The notes beneath the pieces are model-generated. The model saw only the letters and a list, made by a program, of their open reading frames with translations. It had not been told where the DNA came from and searched no databases. Source: a virus. Taken from it: DNA of 64,000 nucleotides. Positions 7,454 to 17,346 of this stretch are shown here, in pieces (position 1 is the first letter of the stretch; every line of letters starts with the position of its first letter). The stretch spans positions 10,187 to 74,186 of IMG/VR virus record IMGVR_UViG_3300043571_000443; one strand, written 5' to 3'. The position numbers were made by a program, and so were the translations under genes.

Positions 7454-10400
7454 CTATAGCACCAATGCGGTAAGATCGCTGAGCTGGCTATCCAGATTGG
7501 CGCTAGCCAGCCCTACAGCTTGCCGGATCTCAGGACTGGTCAGACCTGTTGTTGCGCCAGTACCAAACACATCAGCGTTTAGGTTGATCGCATAGCTACT
7601 GGCGGCAATCCCGGTACTGCTGCCGGGGAACGTAATACTCCCGCCTGCAATGCTGAGGGGTGTCGTGCTGTTGGTATTTTCAACCTCTACCCGCCCCGCC
7701 TGGTAACTGGTGAACGACAGCGCCTCTAGGGTGTCAAAGCTAGCCAGCCGAATGCCTGCTTCTGTGCTGCGCACCCAGCACCACCAAAGAAAAATATTCT
7801 GAATCAACTCAACGCCGTCAGTATCATTGGAATTGATCTGAAGAGTGCCCACACCCTCTAGGGCAATGGCAAACTGAGATAGGCCAGAGCCCGTATTAGC
7901 CGGGGTTAGTACGCCATATTTATTGCTTTGGATCTGGGTGCTGGCAACAATGGCTTCGTGGATAGGCTCTAAGACGGTTGGGCCGATAGCTGCACCCACG
8001 GTAATACCGCCTGTGATACTCCACACTAGCAGGCTGTCTCGGGTATCTAGGAAGCTGCCAGAGGTCGCTGTTCCGCCAGACTCCGCCCAGTAGGTGGCCT
8101 TAAGCCGTACCAGGGCACCATTGGGCAGGCTTAAGTTTTGGGCAAGGCCGCTGCCGCCAGACACCACGACATTGAACAGTTCAGTCTCAGCGGCTAGAGT
8201 AAAGTCACCACTGCCCTGGCTGGTAAAGTCTACCGGGGTGCTGGGAATATTGGCGATGCTAGCGAAAAGTTTACCGTCGCTCCAGTAATAGAAGCCACCA
8301 TCCTTAAGGACATTACTGGTGGTCGTGGGCAAGGTTGCGCCGCTATTGAGGCTAAAGCGTACCTGGGTCCAAGGGGCAGCGGTGGCAAAGGCCGCAGGAC
8401 GCCCCTGGCTATCATTGCCCAGGGTGATCGCATCGGTGGTGGTATTGATAGCGGTGCTGGCTACGGTGAAGCTTTGCACCCTGGCCGCATAGGCTCTGGA
8501 TCCATCGGCAAAATTAGGTGCAGTGAATCGGATCTGGGAAACAATGATGATCTTGGTAGGGTCGTAGATTAGCCCAGGGTCGCTGTAGGGAATGGTGAGG
8601 GTGAACGGTCCAACATTGTTAGCCGCCACCACATTCGCCCCCGTCTGGAGGATCAGATTGCTGCCAATGGTGGTGTTCTGGCTGATCGCCAGGGTAGCTC
8701 CGGAAGAGACGGTAAAATTATCGTTATAGGTAGCTTTACTGCTAAGCGTCAGAGTGGTGCCAGCGGCCATGGTAAAGCGATAGGTGCCGGTAATACCTGC
8801 CGTGGCCCCAGACAAGGTAAATCCTTCGTTAAATGTGCCCTCGGCGTCGTCGGTAGCTGTGTAGGCGTAGGGGTAAAATTCACCATTGGCATAGCCGGTG
8901 CTGCCGTCGCTATTGCGCAAGCTGATCAAGCTAGCGCCAATCACCAAAATAGAGAGTGCCTGGAATGCGGTGATCGCAGTAAATAGAGTCAGCGCACCAT
9001 TGGCGGAGGTTTTGGTGATGGCCGGGGCAGTGGTATAGCTTTGGGTCAGCAGGTCAATGACCGTATTGAAGCGGTTGAGTTGATTTAGCCTAGCGATCCG
9101 GCTGTTATTGCCAGAGATGAAACTGTTGGCCGCATCGGTGCTGTTGTAGCTCAGCGCTAGGGGTGCGGTATAGGAGGGAATCTGGAAGCTGGATAGGTAC
9201 TCCGGCAACGTATATTGCCTGCTAGTGGGGGCGACCTGAGTGCCCTTCACGTTGACAGTCGCCGTGCCGTCAAAGGCGTCTAGGTTCAGCTCATAAGCAT
9301 TAACGCCAGCGGTGGTCACAAAAGCGATCACGGTGCGGTTAGCCACGGTGTTATGGTAGAGCGCACCTAAAAGTGAGTCGGTAGCAGTAGTATTGTGCAG
9401 CCAATAAAACAATGCTGCGCTGGTGGGCACCGCATAGCCGCTGGAGTGCGCAATGGTTTGGCCGTTGATAGTAATGGTGCCGGTGCCATCAAAAATGTTG
9501 TCAGCAAAGCGGTAGAGCAGGTTAATGGTGTCCCCCGCTACCAGCAGGACTAAATCAGAACCCGCCTTTGTAAAACTTAGATGACGGGGCGTAGAAGCAC
9601 TTAGCCCATTGGTGGTGAAGGTGGCCTTTACTGCTGGAGCGCTTGATACTGTTGCAGCATCAAAGGCGTAGAGAAATAGCTGATTAGTGGTGCTGGTGGC
9701 GATCAAATAGCTAGTGCCAGCTTTGTAATAAAAATCTAGGTCTCTAGCCGTAACATTGACTGAAAATACAGGGGTGGCGATGTTGTAATAGCCAATAGTA
9801 GTTTCGGCGTTGGGCGCAATGCTTGTCCCATTGACGGTCACCGAGCTGGTGCCATTGAAATTGGCAAGTATTAAATTACGATAAAACGTAGCGGTACTGG
9901 TATTGCGAATCGAGGCAAAGCCATTAGCAAGGTCCGTTGATAGGCGGGCAGCGCTAGGAAAGGCTACACTGGCTAACCGCAATCGGGCACTAACAAATTT
10001 GTTGCCAGCCCCCCAGAACTGTAGCGCATCACCAACGGCGACAGCGTTGGTCAGCCCTGGCGCAAAGGTAACCCTAGCTCGGGTGCCTGCATCAACTAGG
10101 TTCGTCCGAGGATTAACCACCGATACATTGTTGCTGGCGAAATTCACCACATAGATCCGATCACTGGTCGGCGCATAGGCAATGGCGAAAGGCGAACTGC
10201 CAACGGTGATAGTGGCTACGACTGCATTACTGACAGGATTAACCACCGATACATTGCCTTCATTCGCCACATAGATCCGATCACTAGTTGGCGCATAGCC
10301 AACGGCGATAGGCCCAGTGCCAACGGTGATAGTGGCTACGACCGCATTACTGACAGGATTGATCACCGATACATTGTTGGCGGTAGAATTCGCTACATAG

Positions 10401-11500
10401 ATCCGATCACTAGTTGGCGCATAGCCAACGGCGCGAGGCCCAGTGCCAACGGTGATAGTGGCTACGACTGCATTAGTGACAGGATCAACCACCGATACAT
10501 TGTTAGCGCTGTTATTCGCCACATAGATCCGATCACTAGTTGGCGCATAGCCAACGGCCCGAGGCGTAGTGCCAACGGTGATAGTGGCTACGACCGCATT
10601 AGTGACAGGATTAATTACCGACACATTCTGGCCGCTTTGATTCGCCACATAGATCCGATCACTAGTTGGCGCATAGGCAACGGCGAAAGGCCCAGTGCCA
10701 ACGGTGATAGTGGCTACGACCGCATTGGTATCAGGATTAACTACCGATACATTGTTGGTGGTAAGATTCGCCACATAGATCCGATCACTAGTTGGCGCAT
10801 AGCCAACGGCGCGAGGCCCAGTGCCAACGGTGATAGTGGCTACGACCGCATTACTGACAGGATTGATCACCGATACATTGTTAGCGCTGTTATTCGCCAC
10901 ATAGATCCGATCACTAGTTGGCGCATAGCTAACGGCGAAAGGCTGAGTGCCAACGGCGATGGTGCCGGACAGTGCAATAATGCTAGCCGCTGACAGGGTA
11001 TGAGTCGTTGCACCACCAGCCACCGTGAAGCTATCGCCTACCGTTGGCGCAGTCTGAAAGGTGCCATTGCCGTTGTTGAGGTCCAGCGTAGTGCTACCCG
11101 CCAATAGGTTAGCGGCAGTCGTCCCGGCATCTACCAAAATGACTGCACAGCCACCCACGACCGTTGATGGGTCAAAGGCATAGCACCAAATATTGCCCCG
11201 ATCTCCAGCGGTTAGCAAATAGCCTACGCCGCCTGAAAAGAAAAATTGTAGGTCAGAGCTAGTCGTGTCATTGGTTTGCCTAAATTGACCTTGGCGATTT
11301 GCTTCAGTAAAAGTGCCGCCATTGCGAAAGTCGCCCCGCCAAAAAGAAACTAGGCTGCCAAGTCCTGCAAACACTAGGCTATTGTTCGGCGCTGCATCGT
11401 TAAACCAATACACTAAGCTTTGATTGGCAAGGATAGGATCAGCCGCATAGGTGGCATTCGCAGGGGTAACTTCAGCCGTCAGGGCGGTATTGACGCTCAT
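7454..11500 (-). CDS. Large tail fibre / receptor-binding protein with YVTN-type beta-propeller repeats
   Basis: 1348 aa; seven ~42-aa repeats of ATITVGTGPxAVxYAPTSDRIYVAN...NVSVxNP. Confidence 0.8.
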   Translation of the reverse strand: MSVNTALTAEVTPANATYAADPILANQSLVYWFNDAAPNNSLVFAGLGSLVSFWRGDFRNGGTFTEANRQGQFRQTNDTTSSDLQFFFSGGVGYLLTAGDRGNIWCYAFDPSTVVGGCAVILVDAGTTAANLLAGSTTLDLNNGNGTFQTAPTVGDSFTVAGGATTHTLSAASIIALSGTIAVGTQPFAVSYAPTSDRIYVANNSANNVSVINPVSNAVVATITVGTGPRAVGYAPTSDRIYVANLTTNNVSVVNPDTNAVVATITVGTGPFAVAYAPTSDRIYVANQSGQNVSVINPVTNAVVATITVGTTPRAVGYAPTSDRIYVANNSANNVSVVDPVTNAVVATITVGTGPRAVGYAPTSDRIYVANSTANNVSVINPVSNAVVATITVGTGPIAVGYAPTSDRIYVANEGNVSVVNPVSNAVVATITVGSSPFAIAYAPTSDRIYVVNFASNNVSVVNPRTNLVDAGTRARVTFAPGLTNAVAVGDALQFWGAGNKFVSARLRLASVAFPSAARLSTDLANGFASIRNTSTATFYRNLILANFNGTSSVTVNGTSIAPNAETTIGYYNIATPVFSVNVTARDLDFYYKAGTSYLIATSTTNQLFLYAFDAATVSSAPAVKATFTTNGLSASTPRHLSFTKAGSDLVLLVAGDTINLLYRFADNIFDGTGTITINGQTIAHSSGYAVPTSAALFYWLHNTTATDSLLGALYHNTVANRTVIAFVTTAGVNAYELNLDAFDGTATVNVKGTQVAPTSRQYTLPEYLSSFQIPSYTAPLALSYNSTDAANSFISGNNSRIARLNQLNRFNTVIDLLTQSYTTAPAITKTSANGALTLFTAITAFQALSILVIGASLISLRNSDGSTGYANGEFYPYAYTATDDAEGTFNEGFTLSGATAGITGTYRFTMAAGTTLTLSSKATYNDNFTVSSGATLAISQNTTIGSNLILQTGANVVAANNVGPFTLTIPYSDPGLIYDPTKIIIVSQIRFTAPNFADGSRAYAARVQSFTVASTAINTTTDAITLGNDSQGRPAAFATAAPWTQVRFSLNSGATLPTTTSNVLKDGGFYYWSDGKLFASIANIPSTPVDFTSQGSGDFTLAAETELFNVVVSGGSGLAQNLSLPNGALVRLKATYWAESGGTATSGSFLDTRDSLLVWSITGGITVGAAIGPTVLEPIHEAIVASTQIQSNKYGVLTPANTGSGLSQFAIALEGVGTLQINSNDTDGVELIQNIFLWWCWVRSTEAGIRLASFDTLEALSFTSYQAGRVEVENTNSTTPLSIAGGSITFPGSSTGIAASSYAINLNADVFGTGATTGLTSPEIRQAVGLASANLDSQLSDLTALVL
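10110..10960 (-). repeat. Near-identical ~126-bp coding tandem repeats
   Basis: Repeated ACATAGATCCGATCACTAGTTGGCGCATAG and CCAACGGTGATAGTGGCTACGAC blocks. Confidence 0.9.
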
Positions 11501-12201
11501 GATGTCGCCTCACTTAGGTAATACTCTAAAGCCCCTTCTCCGCCCCAATAACGCCCAGTCGCTAGATCGTAGTGCCTACATTGCACCGCACGATGGATCA
11601 TGATTGGAATATCAAGCTGGTGGCAGCGATGGCAAAACCAGCCATCCTCACCAATCGGTGTTTCTCCTAGGTTGGCCGTCGCCCATACAATCGGCATCTC
11701 TGGATCATCTGCCTGCATCTGGCGAAACACATCACAGTGAATCAGCAAACAAGCAAACCCTGTCACCCAATTGCAAGGCACAATCTCGTCAGCATAGGAT
11801 AGGTCGGGATAGTAAAGCCGGTTGTTTTTACTGCAAATAGTGACTGGCAATAATGGATCTTGCTTGAGGGGCACCACTCCGCCAATCACCGGGTAGCCGT
11901 GCATCCTGGCGGCATAGAAAAGCTGCGCCAGTCCATGGAAGGGCACCACCGTGTCATCATCAACAAACCATAGATACTCTGCATTGTCATCCAGTGCCTT
12001 CTGAATTAAGGCAGTGCGAGCCTCTACGGTATTAAGCCCATCAGTACTGCCATAGCGAATGATCGTGCCATAGGGCCACGCTAGCCCCTCCATCTGGGGC
12101 AAGTTCTGTAGCAATGGCTGAGACGCATCGCGGCGCGGCTGGGCGATAAAAATGTTAGGCGCTAAATCTTGGATTGCTGTACCAAAAGGGTCTTTAGCCA
12201 C
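11497..12201 (-). CDS. Glycosyltransferase (GT-A / GT2-like)
   Basis: YLWFVDDD (DxD motif), GFACLLIH, GEDGWFC...H. Confidence 0.75.
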   Translation of the reverse strand: MAKDPFGTAIQDLAPNIFIAQPRRDASQPLLQNLPQMEGLAWPYGTIIRYGSTDGLNTVEARTALIQKALDDNAEYLWFVDDDTVVPFHGLAQLFYAARMHGYPVIGGVVPLKQDPLLPVTICSKNNRLYYPDLSYADEIVPCNWVTGFACLLIHCDVFRQMQADDPEMPIVWATANLGETPIGEDGWFCHRCHQLDIPIMIHRAVQCRHYDLATGRYWGGEGALEYYLSEATS

Positions 12202-12371
12202 TAAAGTACCCCCAATTTAGTCCACATCTAGTCCAGTCCTTGCACTGCTCCACCACAACCCCGCCATATTCGGGGCTTTCAAGGCTTGAATAGTTGCGGG
12301 GAGAGCAGTTAGTACCCATGTTCTCGTCTATGGCCCTACTTTTCCTGTTCACTCCTCCATAGTGTGCCCAA

Positions 12372-12658
12372 TGTGCCAGTTGCGATGTGCCAGTTACGCG
12401 ACTAAGCAATTATCCTTAGCCTGTGCCAGTTGGTTGTGACAATCGGCCTATGTGCCAGTTGGGCAAGCCAAGCTAACCCGGTTTTCGTTCTCACTATTCC
12501 CAATGTGAGACACTGTAACGAGACTTCAAGGGTTTCAGGCTGTCTCACGCTGTCTTACGGGCTGAAAGCCAGTGCCAGCGGCTAGGATGGCGTAAACGCG
12601 TTATTTCTACCTTATAAAATACAAATTAGTTAAGGTAAAATGGTTTTGAACTGGCACA
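12372..12658. promoter_or_regulatory. Candidate recombination site for the tyrosine recombinase
   Basis: TGTGCCAGTT at 12372, 12386, 12422 and 12451, inverted copy at 12649; 30-bp imperfect inverted repeat TACCTTA...TAAGGTA at 12608-12637. Confidence 0.5.
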
Positions 12659-12678
12659 CTTACAAAGGATGATCACCC

Positions 12679-13221
12679 ATGGCAGGACAAGCCAAAGTAT
12701 TAACCCAAGACGAGATAGACGCACTCCTGTACCATTGCTCCAGTCCTCGGGACCGGGCGCTGATCGGGTGCATGTTATTTTGTGGCCTGCGAGTAGCCGA
12801 AGCGGTGGCCCTCAGTCCGAGTGATATAAAAGGAGGGATGCTTGTACTACCCAAGGCTAAGACCAAGGGCAAGCTAGCCAGCCGGTCCATTCCGGTGCAT
12901 CCTAGCCTGGCCATGCTGCTGCGACAGTACGGCCCACCCCAGGGCGAGTACCTATTCCCTGGCCGCCATGGCCGGGGCCACCTGCACCCCGCTAGCGCCA
13001 GCCAAGTGATCCAAGATTGCCTTACCCTAGCTGGACTCTCCGGGCTGGGCATCACCACCCATAGCTTCAGGCGCACTGCCTTGACGAAGCTGAGTAATGC
13101 TGGAGTACCCCTGCGGGTGATCCAGCAGATCAGCGGCCATAAAAGCCTGGCCAGCCTGCAGTTGTACCTGCAAGTCACGCCAGACCAGGTGGAGTCGGCG
13201 GTGCTGGCGGCGTTTAGTTGA
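12679..13221 (+). CDS. Small tyrosine recombinase (catalytic domain only)
   Basis: GLRVAE, K, HSFRR, SGH and LQLY catalytic residues; 180 aa. Confidence 0.9.
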   Translation: MAGQAKVLTQDEIDALLYHCSSPRDRALIGCMLFCGLRVAEAVALSPSDIKGGMLVLPKAKTKGKLASRSIPVHPSLAMLLRQYGPPQGEYLFPGRHGRGHLHPASASQVIQDCLTLAGLSGLGITTHSFRRTALTKLSNAGVPLRVIQQISGHKSLASLQLYLQVTPDQVESAVLAAFS

Positions 13222-13316
13222 CTCCCACCATTGTGGGACATACACCATCTGGCCGAAGCACCCCCACCATTGTGGGGCCTGCACCCTCTGGCCGAGCCAC
13301 CCCCACCGCAGTGGGC
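13222..13316. repeat. Three-copy hairpin array (~39-bp period)
   Basis: CTCCCACCATTGTGGG, CCCCACCATTGTGGGG and CCCCACCGCAGTGGG, starting right after the recombinase stop codon. Confidence 0.8.
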
Positions 13317-13346
13317 AAGCTAAGGCTAGCATGAGGGGACTGCATT

Positions 13347-13526
13347 ATGAAAATCCAACTTGACTGGCTTGTATACCCGGCCCTATTCCTGGGCGGTGGC
13401 CTCTACGGCGGTTTCTGTGCCTGGCTGTGGCAGCGCACCCGCATCATTGTCATGGAGCGCCGCTACAACCGCATGTATCGAAGCTGGTTAAAGCAACGAT
13501 GGGAACTACTCGACAAGCATCGCTGA
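13347..13526 (+). CDS. Small membrane protein
   Basis: Manual translation MKIQLDWLVYPALFLGGGLYGGFCAWLWQR...; GAGGGG RBS. Confidence 0.4.
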   Translation: MKIQLDWLVYPALFLGGGLYGGFCAWLWQRTRIIVMERRYNRMYRSWLKQRWELLDKHR

Positions 13527-13817
13527 CCCGTCGCCAGCTAGCTGAGGCGGTGTCCCTGCTAGAACAGCACTGGCCAGCCCTGACGGCACAGCAGGCCCAG
13601 GCGCTACAGCGCATTTTGGCGAAGCTGGGGCCACTACCGTGAGCAGGCGTAGCCCGATCTGTTGCACCACCTCGGAGCGGCTCAGGCCGAGTTCCTTGGC
13701 AACCTGATCCAGGCCTTCCCAGGCCTCGTCAGTCATGCCCAAACTTCTTTCCTTTTTGCGGTGGCCCCAAAAAGCCTTGCGGGGCCGCAGGTTGGGGTAG
13801 ATGATGTCTGGTGGCAT
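13506..13817 (-). CDS. Ribbon-helix-helix (CopG-like) protein
   Basis: RSLGMTDEAWEGLDQVAKELGLSRSEVV. Confidence 0.65.
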   Translation of the reverse strand: MPPDIIYPNLRPRKAFWGHRKKERSLGMTDEAWEGLDQVAKELGLSRSEVVQQIGLRLLTVVAPASPKCAVAPGPAVPSGLASAVLAGTPPQLAGDGSAMLVE

Positions 13818-13870
13818 AAGGGTTCTCCAATTTACCCCTACTATACAGCATGGCCAGCGGAAAGGCTACC

Positions 13871-14434
13871 CTACAGCTTCCACACCCACAGCAGCAGTGC
13901 CGCTAGCCCGCCACTGGTGACCAGCATGATCCATTGCACGAATAGCGGTTGCTTGGTCCACCAGGCCCAGATGGACTCCACCCATTCTGCCCACCATGGA
14001 CGGGCACCCCGGGGTGCATCGCCGGTTACCTCAGTGTGGTGCTGCTCCTGCTTGACTGGCTCAGCCATTAGCTTTGTCCCGCTAGTGTCATCATCATCAT
14101 GGGAAACCCGGTAGACCAGCCCGCCTAGCCATAGTATGTCCTTCTCCATCAGGTCCACCCATAGGCCAGGCTTCAGCGCTCGACTGTTAATATAGGTGCC
14201 ATTGGTGCTAAAGCCATCCTTCAGTTCCCACAGCCACACCCGATCCCCCGCCTGGGTAACATCGGTGGCCCGTAGCTCTGCGTGTCGCTTCGAGAGTCGT
14301 GAGTCTATAATGTGAATATCGCATTGTGGATCCCGGCCAATACTCCACAGTCCAGCGGGGGGCGGCCAGGATCCATCCAGCACCCAGTAGGGGTGTTGGC
14401 CATCGACTGGGTGTAGGCAAAGTTTGCGGGTCAT
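13871..14434 (-). CDS. FHA-domain protein with C-terminal TM helix
   Basis: IGR, SKRHA and STNGT FHA motifs; hydrophobic C-terminus; late-motif variant at 14440-14449. Confidence 0.85.
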   Translation of the reverse strand: MTRKLCLHPVDGQHPYWVLDGSWPPPAGLWSIGRDPQCDIHIIDSRLSKRHAELRATDVTQAGDRVWLWELKDGFSTNGTYINSRALKPGLWVDLMEKDILWLGGLVYRVSHDDDDTSGTKLMAEPVKQEQHHTEVTGDAPRGARPWWAEWVESIWAWWTKQPLFVQWIMLVTSGGLAALLLWVWKL

Positions 14435-14519
14435 GGCTATAGAATGCCCAGCCCACCCATCCTGGGGAATGCTGAGAATGTTGTCAGTCCCTACCCGGCC
14501 TAGGCCGGGTTTCCTGCCA

Positions 14520-15830
14520 ATGGCCACCCTCGGCGCACTAGAGCTCAGAGCAGAATGGAAGAAATGGTTAGTCGCCAGCTATGCTGCGGTGCCCACCGAC
14601 TCGGTGGACCTCGACAAACTAGCCAGGAACCTGCTGCCCTGGGCCCAGCCATTGCTAGAGCCACGCCGGTACAAATGCCTATGGGGTGGCCGCGGATCGG
14701 GTAAGTCCACCGCTGCGGCTGATGCGCTGCTGATCGAAGGGGCCCGGCGTAAGTGTCGGGTGCTATGCGCCAGGGAATTTCAGGTGTCCATCAAGGACTC
14801 GGTTCACCATCTGCTAAAGCAACGCATTGAAGACCTGGGGCTGGAGTCCGTGTACTCTGTCCAGGAGGCCCAGATCCTTGGCCCACGTGGCACCCAGTTT
14901 ATTTTCAAAGGGCTGCGCCATAACATTAGCTCCATCAAGTCGATCAGCGGCATCACCCATTGCTGGGTAGAAGAGGCCCAAACGATCAGCCAAAAAAGCT
15001 GGAATGATCTGGTGCCATCTATCCGGGCCCCAGGTTCTGAGATCTGGGTAACCTTTAATCCATATCAAAAGACGGATCCTATCTATCAAACCTTCCTGAT
15101 CAACCCTGGCCAGCTGGGCGGTGGTAGCTACATCCAGCGGGTGAACTGGGATCTTAACCCGTACTTTCCGCCAGAGCTAGACGCTGAACGCCAAGCGATG
15201 CAGGCCACCGATCCTGATCTTTACCAACACATCTGGGAAGGAGAATGCCTGGAAAATGCAGACTCCCAGGTGCTATATGGCAAGTGGATTGTGGATGAGT
15301 TCAAGCCTGCCGCTGACTGGCAGGGGCCGTACTTTGGTGCTGACTGGGGCTTTGCTGCAGACCCGACCGCTGCGGTTAAGTGCTGGATCCATGGCAACCG
15401 GCTTTATGTGGAGCAAGAAAGCTATGCCCACCGGCTAGAGCTAGACGAAACAGCTAAGCGCTGGATTCGAGATATTCCAGGCATCGACGGCCATGTAGTG
15501 CGGGTGGACAATTCCAGGCCAGAAAGCATCAGCCATGTTAGCCGCCGCGGCATTCCCAGGCTGACAGCGGTGCGCAAGTGGCCGGGCAGTGTCGAAGACG
15601 GCATTGCCTACCTGCGCAACTTTGAGAAGGTTGTCATCCACCCTCGCTGCTCCAATATGGCAACTGAGGCCCGGCTGTACTCTTACAAAGTAGACAAGCT
15701 AAGCGGCGACATCCTGCCTCAGGTAATTGACGCCAACAACCACTTGATGGATGCGCTGCGCTATGCGCTGGGGCCCATGATCCAGCAACGGCAGACTGGC
15801 ATGGCTCAGTCAGTGGCTGTATGGGGCTAG
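14520..15830 (+). CDS. terL: Terminase large subunit (PBSX type)
   Basis: Walker A GGRGSGKS, CWVEEAQ, TFNP, nuclease GADWG and NHLMDALRY. Confidence 0.95.
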   Translation: MATLGALELRAEWKKWLVASYAAVPTDSVDLDKLARNLLPWAQPLLEPRRYKCLWGGRGSGKSTAAADALLIEGARRKCRVLCAREFQVSIKDSVHHLLKQRIEDLGLESVYSVQEAQILGPRGTQFIFKGLRHNISSIKSISGITHCWVEEAQTISQKSWNDLVPSIRAPGSEIWVTFNPYQKTDPIYQTFLINPGQLGGGSYIQRVNWDLNPYFPPELDAERQAMQATDPDLYQHIWEGECLENADSQVLYGKWIVDEFKPAADWQGPYFGADWGFAADPTAAVKCWIHGNRLYVEQESYAHRLELDETAKRWIRDIPGIDGHVVRVDNSRPESISHVSRRGIPRLTAVRKWPGSVEDGIAYLRNFEKVVIHPRCSNMATEARLYSYKVDKLSGDILPQVIDANNHLMDALRYALGPMIQQRQTGMAQSVAVWG

Positions 15831-15844
15831 GGCACACTATCAGC

Positions 15845-17341
15845 ATGAATGATCCATCCCTCCCTAACTACCACGACCCTGCGTTAAAAAAGCTGCAGCC
15901 AGCGCTGAAGCTATGCTTTGACGTATGGAATGGGCTCTATGGGCTCAAGGCTGACTACCTGCCCCAGGCTAGCCGGGAACCCCGGGCCGCCTACGATGAT
16001 CGGGTGAACCGGGCCGTATTCAACAACAAATACCGGGCCCAGGTGGAAAGCATCAGCGGCTTGCTGACAGCCTTCGACGTTGAGGGCTACCCGGCCAGCT
16101 TCGAGCAAGCTGAAGCGGATGGCCTATACCTGGACGGTAATGGATCCGACTGGACTAGCTTTTTACGCCAAGCGGATGAACTAGCCCTGCGGGATGGGCT
16201 AGTGTATGTGCTGACCAATAATGTGCAGCTGAGCCCGGAGGATGCCGCCACCCGCACCGCCGCCGACCGTCGCACCTACCCGCAATGGACGCTGGTAGAT
16301 CGGCGTAATGTGATCAACTGGCGGGGGGAGTTGCGTAATGGATCCATGGTGCTCACCCAGGTCACCCTTGTCATGCACCGGGATCAGACCGTTGGCAGCT
16401 ATGGATCCATCAGTGAGCCCTATTACCATACTTTTCGGCTGCTTCCGGGTGATGGCGGTGTCAGCCTGACGGTGGCCCGCATCAGTGACCGTGGGGCGGT
16501 GGATATTGTGGACGAACGCACCGCACCAGTCCAACGGATCCCGCTCCAGGCCTACCCGGATGTGACCAACCCATTCCCCCATGACGGCGACCTGCAGCTA
16601 CCGTACCTACTGAAAGCAGCCGAGCTAAACATTAAGCTATTCCGCCAAGAGTCTAGCCTAGATACAATCCAGTATCGGGTAAATGCGCCCACGGTCTATC
16701 GGGTAAGCAGCATGGACTTTACCCAGCGGCCACCGATCATTTTTGGACCCAACCATGTGATCGAGCTGATGCGGGACAGCAATACCACTGCTGCTGGCGA
16801 GGACTCGGTAGGGGTCATCGAGATTACTGGCCAGGGCATTGCTGAACTACGGGAAAGCTGCAACGAAACCCGCCGCGCCATCGACGAAGAAGGGGTAGGG
16901 TTCATTGGTGGTGGCAGTGTCCAGCGATCTGCAACAGAGGCCTACCTAGCCGCCAGCCGATCCAGTGCCAGCCTGAATGGCTATGCTAGGGCCAAAAGCC
17001 AGGCTGTCAAAGCGCTGGTGGCCGACTGGTGCCTATTTACTGGCGAAGACCCCAGTGACGTTGAAGTTGAGATGGATCAGTCTGTTCTGGAGATGCCGCT
17101 CGATGCCCAGGAGATGGGCGCATTGCTAGGCCTATGGCAAGCAGGCGCTATCGACCATCAAACCTTGCTGGAGCTATTGCGGATGGGTCGCCAGCTGCCG
17201 CCTGGTGTCGATATTGAAGAGATCATGGAGCGGGTAGCGGTGGAACGCGATGCCGCCATGCCGGGGGCGTCGGAGGTGATTAACGGGATCCTGATGCCAG
17301 CCAGCCAGCCCGGGCAACCTGAAGCTGTACCTGAAGACTGA
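15845..17341 (+). CDS. Portal protein
   Basis: Directly after terL; ~500 aa; YLPQ...E...AYDDRVNRAVF motif of DUF4055-type portals. Confidence 0.8.
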   Translation: MNDPSLPNYHDPALKKLQPALKLCFDVWNGLYGLKADYLPQASREPRAAYDDRVNRAVFNNKYRAQVESISGLLTAFDVEGYPASFEQAEADGLYLDGNGSDWTSFLRQADELALRDGLVYVLTNNVQLSPEDAATRTAADRRTYPQWTLVDRRNVINWRGELRNGSMVLTQVTLVMHRDQTVGSYGSISEPYYHTFRLLPGDGGVSLTVARISDRGAVDIVDERTAPVQRIPLQAYPDVTNPFPHDGDLQLPYLLKAAELNIKLFRQESSLDTIQYRVNAPTVYRVSSMDFTQRPPIIFGPNHVIELMRDSNTTAAGEDSVGVIEITGQGIAELRESCNETRRAIDEEGVGFIGGGSVQRSATEAYLAASRSSASLNGYARAKSQAVKALVADWCLFTGEDPSDVEVEMDQSVLEMPLDAQEMGALLGLWQAGAIDHQTLLELLRMGRQLPPGVDIEEIMERVAVERDAAMPGASEVINGILMPASQPGQPEAVPED

Positions 17342-17346
17342 CAACT

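Noticed and set aside
10110-10960. Diversity-generating retroelement TR/VR pair
   Set aside because: The repeats are in-frame tandem blades, differences are not adenine-specific, and there is no reverse transcriptase.
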